From Terriglobia bacterium (GTDB taxonomy: Bacteria > Acidobacteriota > Terriglobia > JAJPHL01 > JAPKYU01), in contig CBDBKE010000004.1 of the NCBI GenBank assembly GCA_965206645.1, forward strand, positions 480,001 through 544,000: a stretch of 64,000 nucleotides of DNA. Direction: 5' to 3'. This document shows, piece after piece, positions 27,916-38,083 of the stretch (its first letter is position 1; each line of letters opens with the position of its first letter). The position numbers and the translations under genes are program-made. The notes beneath the pieces are model-generated. The model did no database searches, was not told where the DNA came from, and saw only the letters and a program-made list of their open reading frames with translations.

Positions 27916-28830
27916 TTACTGGCCGTTCCCGCCGTAGGCCGGGTGAATCCGAAAGAGCAACCCTTCGCGCATGGAATCGCGGCGGGCATCGAGCCCGGCC
28001 TGTTGCGCCGCGAAGGTGATCTCGGCGCGGCGCTGCGTCTCGATCCATCGAGTCAGCGCCTCCCGCCGAGCAATCTCGCGTTCGTAATCCTCTGCCGCCT
28101 CCTTCGCCGCCTGGAATGCCATCAACTGCGCCATAGCAGCGGTGAGGTTTCCTTGCGTCACCGTCCCGGCCACTTGTGATTGAGCAAGGGCGGTGTTGGA
28201 AGTATTGGTGTTGTTTCGTAGTCCTTCGTAGGACTCCACGGCGTCTCGCGCCGCAATCATGAGATTCGCCGCCGCGTCGCTCATTGCGTGATCGAGCACC
28301 AGGCGCTTGTCGCCTTCCTCCCGCGCCGCGAGGTAGCCGCTGGCCGCCTGCGCCGCGATCTCCGGGCGATAGTCCCCGTACAGAGTGAGGATGTCGCTCT
28401 CGGTCACCGTGTCGGCGGCGGTGAGCCGCCCGCGCCAGGATTGGGCAAAGCTCTTGCCGGTTTCGCCCATCTGTTCGACTGACGACGCAAGCTCCGCCGC
28501 CACGCCGGTAAAGTCGCTTTTCCACGATAGGCCCACGCCGATAAACTGCGCCGGTGCGGATGCCAATTCAGTGAACGGATCGGTCAGCGCTCCCACGGCT
28601 CCAAGCGCTTGCTCTTTCAGGTGCGACGCCTGATCTATCATCTGGGTGAGTTGGCCGTCAAACGTGATCTTCGCCATGGTGTCTTTGTAGATTTGGATGC
28701 CCTGATTGATGATCATCTGCGCCCGTTGAATGCCCGCCAGGATTGAGCCGAAGATGGCGTAGGCGGGCGTGGTGCTCAGGACGATAAAGAGTGGGATAAC
28801 AACTACTGCGGTCAAGATTCGGTGTTTCAT
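27916..28830 (-). CDS. VirB5/TrbJ-like (copy 2)
   Basis: Paralogue of 11426-12340. Confidence 0.6.
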   Translation of the reverse strand: MKHRILTAVVVIPLFIVLSTTPAYAIFGSILAGIQRAQMIINQGIQIYKDTMAKITFDGQLTQMIDQASHLKEQALGAVGALTDPFTELASAPAQFIGVGLSWKSDFTGVAAELASSVEQMGETGKSFAQSWRGRLTAADTVTESDILTLYGDYRPEIAAQAASGYLAAREEGDKRLVLDHAMSDAAANLMIAARDAVESYEGLRNNTNTSNTALAQSQVAGTVTQGNLTAAMAQLMAFQAAKEAAEDYEREIARREALTRWIETQRRAEITFAAQQAGLDARRDSMREGLLFRIHPAYGGNGQ

Positions 28831-28833
28831 TTT

Positions 28834-30192
28834 TCAGTCTCCTTTTGTGGGCCGGGGCACCAGCACGTCGGAAGTGAACCAGACGCGAAGCCGATGCCCG
28901 GCGCGAATGGTGATGGTGGGTAAACGATTCAAGAACCGCTGCAAGATTTGGGTGGCGCTTTGTCCGAGTCCCTGCCCGGCACCGGCCCGGAAGCCCGCCA
29001 CGCCGCCCTCGTAAGGGTTGCCGCCTTGCGCCGTGAGTCCGGCCAGGATGCCGACCGCCCCGACAGCGGCGAACATGGAAAAGTAGTGTCGGTTGACTTG
29101 ATCTTTCAGGGCTCCCTCGCCGACTTGATTGAGCCCATGAAATTCGAGCGACACCCAACGCCCGTCGGGGTAGATCAAGCGGTGGAAACTCACGGCGAGT
29201 CGGGCTTGGTCCTGATTGGATACGGCCTGAGCCGTGCCAATGACCCGCGTACCTCGCGGCACCAAGATGCGCTGCCGGTCTGCCGAATAAAAAGGCACCG
29301 AAACCACGGCCAGGACCGGGCCGGGAAAGTCACCGGAAAGCTGAGTGACCAGCGCCGCTTCTAAAAACGAGCCTTCATGGATGCGCTCCCAACCGGGGGG
29401 ATCATCCGGCCCGTCAAGCCGGGCCGGAGAAGAGTAATCCCGCGCCGGTGGGGGGCCCGCTGACGCCGTGGGAACGGCGGGCGTGGCCGCAGCGGTTGGT
29501 GTCCCTCTGAGTGCTTCGATAAACGCTCGGTCCGCCTGGGCCTCCGCCGCTACTTCATCTTGGAGGCCGGTCGTGACCGTCCCAATCGTGTCGAGGGCCT
29601 GTTCGAGCGCCGCCGCCCCTTCCGCTCTCATGGCATCGACCGGGCTTGCGGTTTCGGCCCCCTGCCCCTCGGACGACGCCCCCTCCCTGCCGTCCAGTTG
29701 CCGGTAGGTCTGTGCGACCGGCGAACTGCGAAGCGACCGGCTGCGCCGCTCGAGGGCTTCCAGCCGCAAGCGTTCCCGGAGTTCCCATTCTTCCTCGGTA
29801 TAGGGTTGCCCGGTGTCGGGACTCGGCCCGGCCAGGAGCATCGCTTCATCGACACTCACCCGCCCCGCGCCGATCCCGCCTCCGCTGGCCCCCTGTTGTC
29901 GTTGCTGCCGTCCCTGCTGCTGCAAAGCCCGCTCCGCCGCTTGTCGGCGCGTCTCCGCTCGAAGCGACTCCGCTTCGACCTGCGCGGCCATCTGATCGGC
30001 GAAGCTCCGGGGCGCGGTCTGCTCTGTGGCCGTCTCGGTCGCAAGCCCTGCTTCCTCACCGCCTCCGAAATAAATCCAGTACGTCAGAAACACGAGGACC
30101 AGAATGGTGATGATCCCGACGCCCCATTGAGTGACGATGCCGCCCGGCAGCGATCCCGCCGGTTTGGGGTACAGCCGCCGCCAGCCGATCAC
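28834..30192 (-). CDS. virB10: VirB10 (copy 2)
   Basis: Paralogue of 10077-11429. Confidence 0.88.
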   Translation of the reverse strand: MIGWRRLYPKPAGSLPGGIVTQWGVGIITILVLVFLTYWIYFGGGEEAGLATETATEQTAPRSFADQMAAQVEAESLRAETRRQAAERALQQQGRQQRQQGASGGGIGAGRVSVDEAMLLAGPSPDTGQPYTEEEWELRERLRLEALERRSRSLRSSPVAQTYRQLDGREGASSEGQGAETASPVDAMRAEGAAALEQALDTIGTVTTGLQDEVAAEAQADRAFIEALRGTPTAAATPAVPTASAGPPPARDYSSPARLDGPDDPPGWERIHEGSFLEAALVTQLSGDFPGPVLAVVSVPFYSADRQRILVPRGTRVIGTAQAVSNQDQARLAVSFHRLIYPDGRWVSLEFHGLNQVGEGALKDQVNRHYFSMFAAVGAVGILAGLTAQGGNPYEGGVAGFRAGAGQGLGQSATQILQRFLNRLPTITIRAGHRLRVWFTSDVLVPRPTKGD

Positions 30193-31031
30193 GGCCCGAT
30201 CTCCGGCGCGGTGAAGCGCCACCGGACTTTTTGTTTGCCGATCTGCAACCAGCCGTCACCCAAAACGTGACGGGCGATATACAGCCCGTCCTCGCCCAGA
30301 TCGTAGGCCACCAGCGCCGGTTTCCCGTCCTTCTCTTCGTACAGTGCGGGCGACTCCTGGGCGTTGGCGCGAAGGTAGGTAAACCGCCCGTCGTGCCACA
30401 TCCCTTCGACTAGAAACGGCCATTTCTTCGCCTTGTCCTCCAATCGGTAAGGGAACTTGAGGCGCGTGGGATACTCCGCCCGGAACGCCTCGGTTTCCCG
30501 CGCCGCAAGCGCCGTAACGTCGGCGATGCGGGAATCCGCGTCAACTTGCGCATCCTTGGCCGTCTCAATGGCTGTTTTCGCCATTTGCTGATAGGCCGCG
30601 ACCTGGGAGCGAGCGACAAAGGCCGGTTCGTGCCCGGTCGGTGAAATGCGCGGGTCGGCGTCCGCCTGGGCCTCGACGCGAACCACCAGATGCGGCTGGC
30701 CCGCACTTCGCTCGGTGACGAGGAACGAGTAGATGCGCCCGGAGGCGCAAACCAGCGCGACGTTGGTAGTCACGCCCTCGGCGATGGGTTTGAGGAAGGC
30801 CAGATTAGCGGCCCCGGTCAGGTGCCAGTACTCGGAATCTCCCACGACAAAATCCAGCACGTTTTCCGTCGCGGGAAGCACGATGACGGTGGTGTGCCGG
30901 GTCTTGGCCCGAACCTGAATGATTTGATCCTGGGCCTCGATGACGCGCAGGACCTGCCCACCGTCCTGAGCGATCAGCGGCAACGACAGGGCAAGTAGCG
31001 CCGCTATCACGAGTGGAATGATCTTCAACAT
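30189..31031 (-). CDS. virB9: VirB9 (copy 2)
   Basis: Paralogue of 9238-10080. Confidence 0.85.
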   Translation of the reverse strand: MLKIIPLVIAALLALSLPLIAQDGGQVLRVIEAQDQIIQVRAKTRHTTVIVLPATENVLDFVVGDSEYWHLTGAANLAFLKPIAEGVTTNVALVCASGRIYSFLVTERSAGQPHLVVRVEAQADADPRISPTGHEPAFVARSQVAAYQQMAKTAIETAKDAQVDADSRIADVTALAARETEAFRAEYPTRLKFPYRLEDKAKKWPFLVEGMWHDGRFTYLRANAQESPALYEEKDGKPALVAYDLGEDGLYIARHVLGDGWLQIGKQKVRWRFTAPEIGP

Positions 31032-31037
31032 AATCAG

Positions 31038-33459
31038 CTACCTCCTGGACAGGTGTTCAATGGCCTCGGTGAGGCCATACTGTTTGACTGCTTCCGCCCG
31101 CTTCTGAGCATCGACCGGCGACGAGGTATAGAGCCAGTAGCTCGCCGGATCGACTTCGAGCCGCAAGATGCCCGCCGCGTCGGTGCGCCGTAGATAAAGC
31201 TCCCGTTTGGGGATCAAGCCGCGAATGGTGTTCACTTCCGAAGGGTTGAGCCGGAACGTCTCGGCGGCTTTCTCCGGCAAGTCGGGATTGGCAAGGAATA
31301 GCTTGGTCGGCATGGATTCGAGCAACGCTTCCGCCCCTGCGGTCCCGGTTACGTCCACGGCGCTCTGCGTGGCGACGACGAGCGCCGCATTCTTCTTGCG
31401 CCAGGTCTTCGCGGCCTCGGCCAGATAGGAAAGCACCGCCGGGTCTTGGAGGTAGCGCCAGGCTTCATCGACCACCATGAGTTTTACCCTTGCGGTCTCA
31501 TCCGGGTTCTCCAAAGCCAGCCGCAACCGTTCGAGAAGGTAGAACAGCGCCGCTTCGCACAAGTCTTCGTGCTCCGCCGCGCCCGCCATGTCGATCACCT
31601 GCCAGTCCTGAAAGTTGAGATCGTCTCCGTCTGCCGGGTTGTCAAAGTACCTGGCCCACGCTCCGGCTCCGTGCCAGCGGCCCAAAGCGGGCCACATCTT
31701 TGCGGGAAGGGAGCGGACCAGCACCCCAAGGGTCCGCCGCTGGGGTGCAAAGGCATAGAGGTCTTCGACGCGGGCGCGAATCTCGCTGGGGTCTTCGCCG
31801 CTGAGTTTCCACCCGCCGATCCTCAACAGACGCGATATCCAGCCGGTGAGGAACTGGAAGCTCCGCTCCCCGACCGGGAGCGAGAAGGGGCGCAACCGGA
31901 AACCGGCGCTCCCGCTCCCGTCGGGGGATAGCTCCATATAGCCGCCGCCTAGAAACTGCGTGAGCCAGCGATAGGAGCCGCCTAGATCGAGAATGAGAAC
32001 ACGCGGATCGTATTGGAGCGCCTGAACCAGCAGGAAATTGAGCAAGAAGCTTTTACCCGCGCCGGTCGCGCCGAGAACCAGCGTGTGCCCCACGTCGCCT
32101 TGAAACAGATCGTAGTGGTAGGGAGTCCGCCATTGGGTCTCAAGGATCGCCAGCGCCGGCTTCCGCAAGTGGCCGCTCCGGGGTGTCCCCACCGGCGGCC
32201 CGAAGATCGGGGCCATCGAAGCGACCGCGCCCGCCGATACAAACACGGATCGGACCTGCCGCCGTCGCGGTTGCGCGGGCATCCGCGAGAACCAGGCCGG
32301 AAGCTGCCCGTAACCTTCCCGGATCACCTTGGCGTCGTGGCTGTTAAAGATGCGCCGAATATCTCCGTCCAGGCTTTCGGTCTCCGATAGCGGGCCGTGG
32401 ATCGCCACGGTCAGGGCCAGGTCGCCATAGGCGATACCGTCCGTCTCCAACTCGACCAGGGCATCGCCCAGCCGGTCGGATTCCGCCGCCGCTGCCGTGT
32501 CCACCATCGCCGACGTCGTTCCTTCGGTTTCCTGAACGTGCGCGGACATCGAGTAGCGCTTCGAGAAGTAATGCCGCTGCGCCCCACGGATTTTGCGCCG
32601 GGCGGCATCGAGGCGCTGCGGCCGCCATTCGAGCGTCACCGTCATGGTTGCATCGAGCCGGTAAAGACCCTGCAGAAGATTGGCGCGGGCCGCTCCCGGT
32701 GGCGAAAGCAGCGAGTAGAGAATGACGGGTTCCCCGTCCAGGCGCAGATTGCGCCGCTCCGCTTCGAGCTCTGAGATGGCCAGCCGCCAATTCATGCCGC
32801 TGCCGGTCGCGCCGTCCCAAAAGGTTCCGGGCCGGTTCGTGAGTTCATTCAAGACGAGAGACGCTTCCCGCGCTTCAAGCATCCGCACCGGCGTAAGGTC
32901 ATCCACCAGCGCCCGGCTCGCCTCAACCAGCTGCCGGAAGCTGGCTGCCGCCGATTCGATAGAGGAATGGAGGTAAACGGATTCATGCCGGTTCCGCCTC
33001 CGGGCCATCCAGTTCTTGGCATAGGCCATCCACCACGGCCCGCCCGTCCTCTCGGTGGTGACGGCGGACAGGTGCGGATCGTGAACCCATGCGACGTAGG
33101 CGCTCACGTCCTGCACTCGATCCGCGAGGAACGCCCGGCGCTTGCGCCGTCCGAGCGCGGCCACGCTCGACGCCGCGCCATCGGATCGTCTGCAAAGTGG
33201 ATCGGGCGGCGCAACAGATAGAAGTAAAGCCGCGTCCGGGAATCGAGCCCCGACAACATCCGCTGCCAGCGGTCGATCACCCGATCCAGTTGTTCGGGAG
33301 TCTGGCCGTCCAGGACGCTGGGCGTCACCCGCCCGATGCTCATAAGTTCCCCGCCCGCGTCAGGCACGTTCGCCCATCTTCGAGCCAGCCCCACCAGGGC
33401 AGTTCCTCGGCCAGCGATCCCGCCGCTTCGTAGTCCATGAGTTCGTTGTTTACGTTCAC
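31038..33459 (-). pseudogene. virB4: VirB4 (copy 2) with two 1-bp deletions near 33185 and 33350
   Basis: 2422 nt versus 2424 in copy 1; GACGATCCGATG vs GACGATACCGATG, and GCGGGGAACTT vs GCGGGAGAACTT. Confidence 0.8.
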
Positions 33460-33464
33460 CCGCG

Positions 33465-33761
33465 CTATCTCCGAATCAGGATCGTCCAGGGAGAAGCGGC
33501 CCACTTGCCCGGATCGTAGCGGACGCGAAACTTGGCCGAGGCCCGTAGGATTTCAAGCATGTTGGGGTCTTGTTTCCAGGCCCAAAATCCCACGCCGTAG
33601 AGCACCCCGAAAATGACTCCCCCGGTCACAATGGAGTTGATGGCGTTCCACATGGCAAGGCCCAACGTGGCGCTCAACAGAAACCAGCGCCGTTCCACGC
33701 CCATGATCGTGAGGGGTTTGGAAAGCGCCGGGTATCCGCGCCATGTCTTGCCGCGCTCCAT
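33465..33761 (-). CDS. virB3: VirB3 (copy 2)
   Basis: Near-identical to 6508-6804. Confidence 0.85.
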   Translation of the reverse strand: MERGKTWRGYPALSKPLTIMGVERRWFLLSATLGLAMWNAINSIVTGGVIFGVLYGVGFWAWKQDPNMLEILRASAKFRVRYDPGKWAASPWTILIRR

Positions 33762-34055
33762 CAGAAGAGCCACGCCAGAAAGTTGGCCGCGCCCATGGCC
33801 ATGCCAAGACCGAAGACGATCCCGGCCAGGGCCTTTTTGCTGCCGCCTTCACCAAAGGCGAACATGAGCCCGCCCACCACGATGGCAATCAAGCTCAGTC
33901 CTCGCGCAATGGGTCCGGTGAAGGCTTGCCTGCAGCACGTCTATGGCTTGCAGCCAGGGGCTCGTTCCCTGCGCCATGAGTTCTCCCGCCGATAGTGCAA
34001 GGACGCTCGCCAGGAGAGCGCCCCGCTTCCAGATGATTAAGTTGTTGGTGTTCAT
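33761..34055 (-). pseudogene. virB2: VirB2 pilin (copy 2), +1 frameshift near 33927
   Basis: 295 nt versus 294; CAGGCAAGCCTTC vs CAGGCGGCGTTC. Confidence 0.78.
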
Positions 34056-34087
34056 GCTTCCCTCCGTGTCTGTTGGGTTGTTGTGCG

Positions 34088-34412
34088 TCAGGCTCCGGGA
34101 AACTGCCCCCGGTCCTCTTGTTCCAGTTTCTCGGCAAGCTCGGTTTGCCCGCCCTCGCCGCGCCGAATGGACCGCTCCATCAGATCGACCTTGCGGCCCA
34201 TGTCGGCCAGCCCCAAGGCACGAGCGGCGGAGTAGAGCGTGACCAGAAGCGTCACCACGGCCAGACCGCCATACCACGCGACGGGCATCCAGTAGTCGGT
34301 TGCGATGATTCCAAAAGTACGGCTTGAGATAAGCGAAGCTCTCGCCGGCGAGCATCAAGGCCACGGCCAGGATGATGGCCGTCAGTCCAATGCTGATCTT
34401 CCACGGTTGCAT
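34088..34412 (-). pseudogene. Small membrane protein (copy 2), +1 frameshift near 34315
   Basis: 325 nt versus 324; TACTTTTGGA vs TACTTAGGA. Confidence 0.7.
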
Positions 34413-34422
34413 CGCTTCTCCC

Positions 34423-35325
34423 TCAGAGTTCGATGGAGCCCTTGTCTCGTCTGCCGCCGCTTCCCCCTCCGCCTCCGGTGCTGTGGTCCTGGCCGAGCGA
34501 CCGCGCTACTCGCGCCGCCGCCCGCCCATTGCTTCCGTGCACGGCGAATCCAGCGGCGGCTTTCGCGCCGATACTCTTGGCGCTGTAGTGCTCGGTCGCA
34601 ATCTCGACGTTCACGCGCCCGCTGCGGCCCTCGATGTCGCTGTACTCCAGCTGCGCGTCCGGGTACTCCACCCGTCCATCCTTGACGGGGAGCCCCAACT
34701 CTTCCGCCGCCTCAAACCGTGCGGCGTCCGCCGCCTCCTTTCCGCCTCGCGCTCTCGCGCTTTCCGTGGCGCGGGCGACCTCGCGCTTGAGTTCGGCGTC
34801 AATACGGACCCGCTTGAGGACGGCTCCTTGTTCGAGCAACCGCACTTGCTCAATCCTTGCGGCTCGAAACACGGCCACGTCATGTTGAAGCTCTCCGGGC
34901 TTCACGAGGCCGCTCCATGCTTTCTGCTCTTTGTCGAGTCCTTGTTCGCGGGCTACCCGCTCGGCCCGCTCTACTCCGCGCTCGGTGAGCGTGAGCACCT
35001 TGTAGGTGCCGCCTTGCGGCCCCTCGGCGGTGTGCTCCCGGACGTGGCCGGCGCGAATCATGCGATCCACGGCCCGCCGCGCCGCGTAAGGGTGTCCATC
35101 GAAGTGAGCTTCGGCCAGATCACGGTAGGCGATGCTGCGATACATCCCCAGGTCGGCCACCGCCCGATCCGCCCGCTCCTGGAAGTTCTGGCGTTCCGTG
35201 CGGGGATCGTATTCGCGCCGGTGGCCGTCGCGCTCCCGCTGTTCCCGTTCTTTGGTGTGGTCGCGCCTGGGGCGCGTTGTGGGACGGGTCCGGGGATCGC
35301 TGGCTAGGTCTCGCGGATCGAACAC
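34423..35325 (-). CDS. wHTH + PD-(D/E)XK relaxase candidate (copy 2)
   Basis: Near-identical to 4952-5848. Confidence 0.5.
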   Translation of the reverse strand: MFDPRDLASDPRTRPTTRPRRDHTKEREQRERDGHRREYDPRTERQNFQERADRAVADLGMYRSIAYRDLAEAHFDGHPYAARRAVDRMIRAGHVREHTAEGPQGGTYKVLTLTERGVERAERVAREQGLDKEQKAWSGLVKPGELQHDVAVFRAARIEQVRLLEQGAVLKRVRIDAELKREVARATESARARGGKEAADAARFEAAEELGLPVKDGRVEYPDAQLEYSDIEGRSGRVNVEIATEHYSAKSIGAKAAAGFAVHGSNGRAAARVARSLGQDHSTGGGGGSGGRRDKGSIEL

Positions 35326-35334
35326 GACGGCTCC

Positions 35335-36420
35335 TTACCGGCTCAACCCAGCCTCGCGTTGGAGCTTCTGCGCGTGTTGTTCCGTGGATTGCTTCGGCGT
35401 CTGGCTGATCTGAGGCCCGCGAGCATGAGAATATTGGTGGCTCAACTCCGCCGCCGTCTTCTCCTTGACCGGCGCTTCGCGCTCGTGCTCGACCGCACGA
35501 TCCATGAGGTAATCGGTCATCTTCTGCGCGTCCCGCGCCGCTCTATGAATCTCGTGCGGGTCTTTTTCGAGCACCGCAACCCAATTCTCGACATAGGCCG
35601 CGCCGCGCTGCGGGTCATGCCCCACGCCCACGCGCTCCCCCGTCATCATGGCGCTGATCTCGGCCCTCAATTCCTCGCGGGCGTACTCCGGCGATCCAAA
35701 GCCCTTGTCCAGTCCTTCTTTGAGCGTGTCGCGGTTCATGCGGTCCGGGTGGCCGGTCGAGTGACCGCATTCGTGAAGCGCCGTTTGGTAGTAGCCGTTG
35801 CGCGTGGGGAATTGGGACGGCTCCGGGAGCACCACCTTGTCCTCGGCGATCCGGTAATAGGCCCGATCTCCGGCGACGTGCTGCACTCTCGGCCCGCTGG
35901 CCTCGATCACCTTCTCGGCATCGCGGTGGGCGTCCCATTCAGGCCGCGCTTGCGCCGGTCGCGGTTTCAACTCCAATCCGTCGACTTGCTCGACGTTGAA
36001 CACCGTGTACTGTTTACAGATGGGATGGGAACGCTGCTCTTCTTCGTAGATCGTCTTGCCGTCCTTGTCTTTCAGAGTCTTGCCCTGCTCGTCCTTTGCG
36101 GTTCGTGCCGTCCGATCCGTGAAAAACAAGACCTGCGTCCCTTTCTCGCCTTTGCGGACATGGCCTCCCTGGGCCTCGATCTGTTTGTAGGTTCCCCAGC
36201 GGTTATCGCCGTGGCCCTGGCGGATACCCCTGCTCATCAGGTAGAGACTGTTGCCGCCGCTGTAGGATTTGCCGGTCGAGAGGTTTTCCGGGCTGATCTG
36301 CTCCCCCGGCTTCCACGGCTTCTGCCATGGCGCCACGCCCGCCTTGATTTGTTCGACGAGTTCGCTAGAGACTTTCTCGGCGTAGTCTTCCCCGCGCTGC
36401 CAAAAGGATTTCTTAGCCAT
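35335..36420 (-). CDS. ardC: ArdC antirestriction/ssDNA-binding protein
   Basis: APWQKPW, YSGGN, WGTYKQ, VRKGEKG, YTVFNVEQ (DUF1738), plus zincin HECGHSTGH and YAREELRAE. Confidence 0.9.
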   Translation of the reverse strand: MAKKSFWQRGEDYAEKVSSELVEQIKAGVAPWQKPWKPGEQISPENLSTGKSYSGGNSLYLMSRGIRQGHGDNRWGTYKQIEAQGGHVRKGEKGTQVLFFTDRTARTAKDEQGKTLKDKDGKTIYEEEQRSHPICKQYTVFNVEQVDGLELKPRPAQARPEWDAHRDAEKVIEASGPRVQHVAGDRAYYRIAEDKVVLPEPSQFPTRNGYYQTALHECGHSTGHPDRMNRDTLKEGLDKGFGSPEYAREELRAEISAMMTGERVGVGHDPQRGAAYVENWVAVLEKDPHEIHRAARDAQKMTDYLMDRAVEHEREAPVKEKTAAELSHQYSHARGPQISQTPKQSTEQHAQKLQREAGLSR

Positions 36421-36601
36421 CGGGTGCCCCCGTTTCAATTCGCTCTTCAAACTCCGCCCGATGCTCGATCATCCGCCCAAAACCTCCGTCCCTCGGTTTC
36501 CACGGCTTCTGCCAGGGCGCATCGCCACGCTTGATCTGCTCCATGGCTTCCGCCGCAACTTTCTTCGCAGGGCCTCTCCCAGGCTGACCGGCGCTAGTCA
36601 T
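36413..36601 (-). CDS. 62-aa protein repeating the ArdC N-terminal motif
   Basis: KKVAAEAMEQIKRGDAPWQKPWKP; overlaps both neighbouring genes. Confidence 0.5.
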   Translation of the reverse strand: MTSAGQPGRGPAKKVAAEAMEQIKRGDAPWQKPWKPRDGGFGRMIEHRAEFEERIETGAPDG

Positions 36602-36785
36602 GGGGATCACTCCGCGCCGCGTTGATCTCTTCCACGGTGCCCACGTCCTCAACCATCAAACCGATCCGCTCCGCCAGTTCCCACGTCAGTTCAACCGCGA
36701 GCCCTCGGTTCAGCGCCTCGTGAAATTCAGCCTCCGTCGTGGCCGTGGCGTACTGCTCGCCGTTCTCGTCTTTTTTTGGAATCAT
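36594..36785 (-). CDS. 63-aa acidic hypothetical protein
   Basis: GAGGGAG RBS; 15 D/E versus 5 K/R. Confidence 0.55.
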   Translation of the reverse strand: MIPKKDENGEQYATATTEAEFHEALNRGLAVELTWELAERIGLMVEDVGTVEEINAARSDPHD

Positions 36786-36806
36786 GGTTTCTCCCTCTCT
36801 TGGTTG

Positions 36807-37247
36807 CTAGCGCCCATCAAGAAGTGAAGGCCGCTTGAGGGGCGCAGACCCCCAGGTGCGGCCGCAGATGATGCAGGCGGGTTCAAATTCGGCGCTCTCG
36901 GCATATCGAGCCTCCCCGGAGACGCTTCCCGATCCGTTTTCGGACCGGGAAGGCTCCGCTGCCACGATACTGTCCGAATCGAAGTTGGCGGGGGAAGTAT
37001 GATCCGTCACGCGGCGGCGCCAGCGTTCCCGGTAGGCCCGTTGCCGGTCGCGGTGATCGAGCCGTCCCTCCCGGCTTTGCTGGTGCCGCCGCTTGGCGGC
37101 TCTCAGTTGTTGCCGCCGTGCTTTCCGCCGGCACCGGTCGCTGCAGTATCGGTGGCCCCGGTCACAATGACGGCAGATCCAGAACACCGCGCCACAGCCG
37201 ACACCCCGGCAAAACCGTTGGCGCAGGGGCTCTTCGCGGGTCCCCAT
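36807..37247 (-). CDS. Cys-rich, Arg-rich zinc-finger protein of mobile elements
   Basis: FCRGVGCGAVFWICRHCDRGHRYCSDRC followed by a basic helix; C-terminal CIIC. Confidence 0.6.
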   Translation of the reverse strand: MGTREEPLRQRFCRGVGCGAVFWICRHCDRGHRYCSDRCRRKARRQQLRAAKRRHQQSREGRLDHRDRQRAYRERWRRRVTDHTSPANFDSDSIVAAEPSRSENGSGSVSGEARYAESAEFEPACIICGRTWGSAPLKRPSLLDGR

Positions 37248-37769
37248 CGCCGCCCTTCCGGCGGGACTGGCCAACCGCGACTCGGCTTGGCAGGCGTGAT
37301 CTTATCTACGGAGGATGTTCGGTCGTTTTTCTGGTCGGCACAAAAACCCCGATCGCTGCTAAGGGTCGAGGTTTTCCCTTTCCGCCTTCGGCCAAATCAC
37401 GCGCCAGACCGCGTATCCCTCGCCTGGCAGCGGCTGTCACTCGCTTTGCCTTAGCTGGTCCTTGCCAGGCATCGTTTCGCGGAACCATCCGCGGAACGAC
37501 GATCGCGAACGGGACGCACGACGCGATCTTAGGCGTGGCTATCTCAGCGACCCCGATCCTCCTGGTGCTCTGGATCATCAATCGGATGCGTCACCGGGAG
37601 CGGAGCTTCCAGAGCGCGGTCGGGGTCTCCCTGTTGGGATTCGTCCTTGTGCCTTCCGTATCGGCGGGCGCTGCTTTTCTTGGGGTTCGCTCCGGCGGGG
37701 AATTCAATCAGGCGCTCGGTGTGGGTGTCGTTCTCTACATCCTCGGTTCTTGGATGTTTCGCCGGTGGA

Positions 37770-38034
37770 TCATGTAGAGCGTATAGGGGCCGTTGACGCG
37801 CTTGTACTCTTTCCGGTGGCCGGGGTTGGTGCGGGGCAGGCTGCACAGCACCATCAGCCGCGCCATGAAGCCTGGATCGGGGTCCGCTTCGCCGGCGCTG
37901 ACAAGCTGGTTTACTTGATCGGCCACGGTGAAAGAGTGCCGCTCCTTGGGCGTGGCTTCGCGGATCGCCTTCACCGGCCCGTCCAGGCCGGAGAGAACTT
38001 CGGCGGCGAGGAGCAATCCTTGTTTGCTCTGCAT
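37770..38034 (-). pseudogene. N-terminal fragment of a plasmid RepA (RepA_C/IncW-like)
   Basis: GFMARLMVLCSLPRTNPG..YKRVNGPYTLYM; GGGAG RBS; similarity ends abruptly. Confidence 0.55.
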
Positions 38035-38083
38035 GGCTTTATTCTCCCATGCCCCTCAGACAAGACAGGGACACTACCGGCGT

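Larger units (their letters stand above)
20061..36785 (-). mobile_element. ICE copy 2, mirror image of copy 1, abutting the tRNA 5' end; distal boundary not located
   Basis: Same gene order on the minus strand, plus intact ardC and small upstream genes. Confidence 0.85.

Noticed and set aside
4751-36420. Inverted duplication as a fold-back read or amplification artefact
   Set aside because: The arms differ by many synonymous and block substitutions, have different xis/int and spacers, and show compensatory changes. A strain chimera is still not excluded.
37490-37777. Hydrophobic plus-strand ORF end converging on the repA fragment
   Set aside because: Looks like a three-TM fragment but has no credible start or RBS; insufficient support for a feature call.
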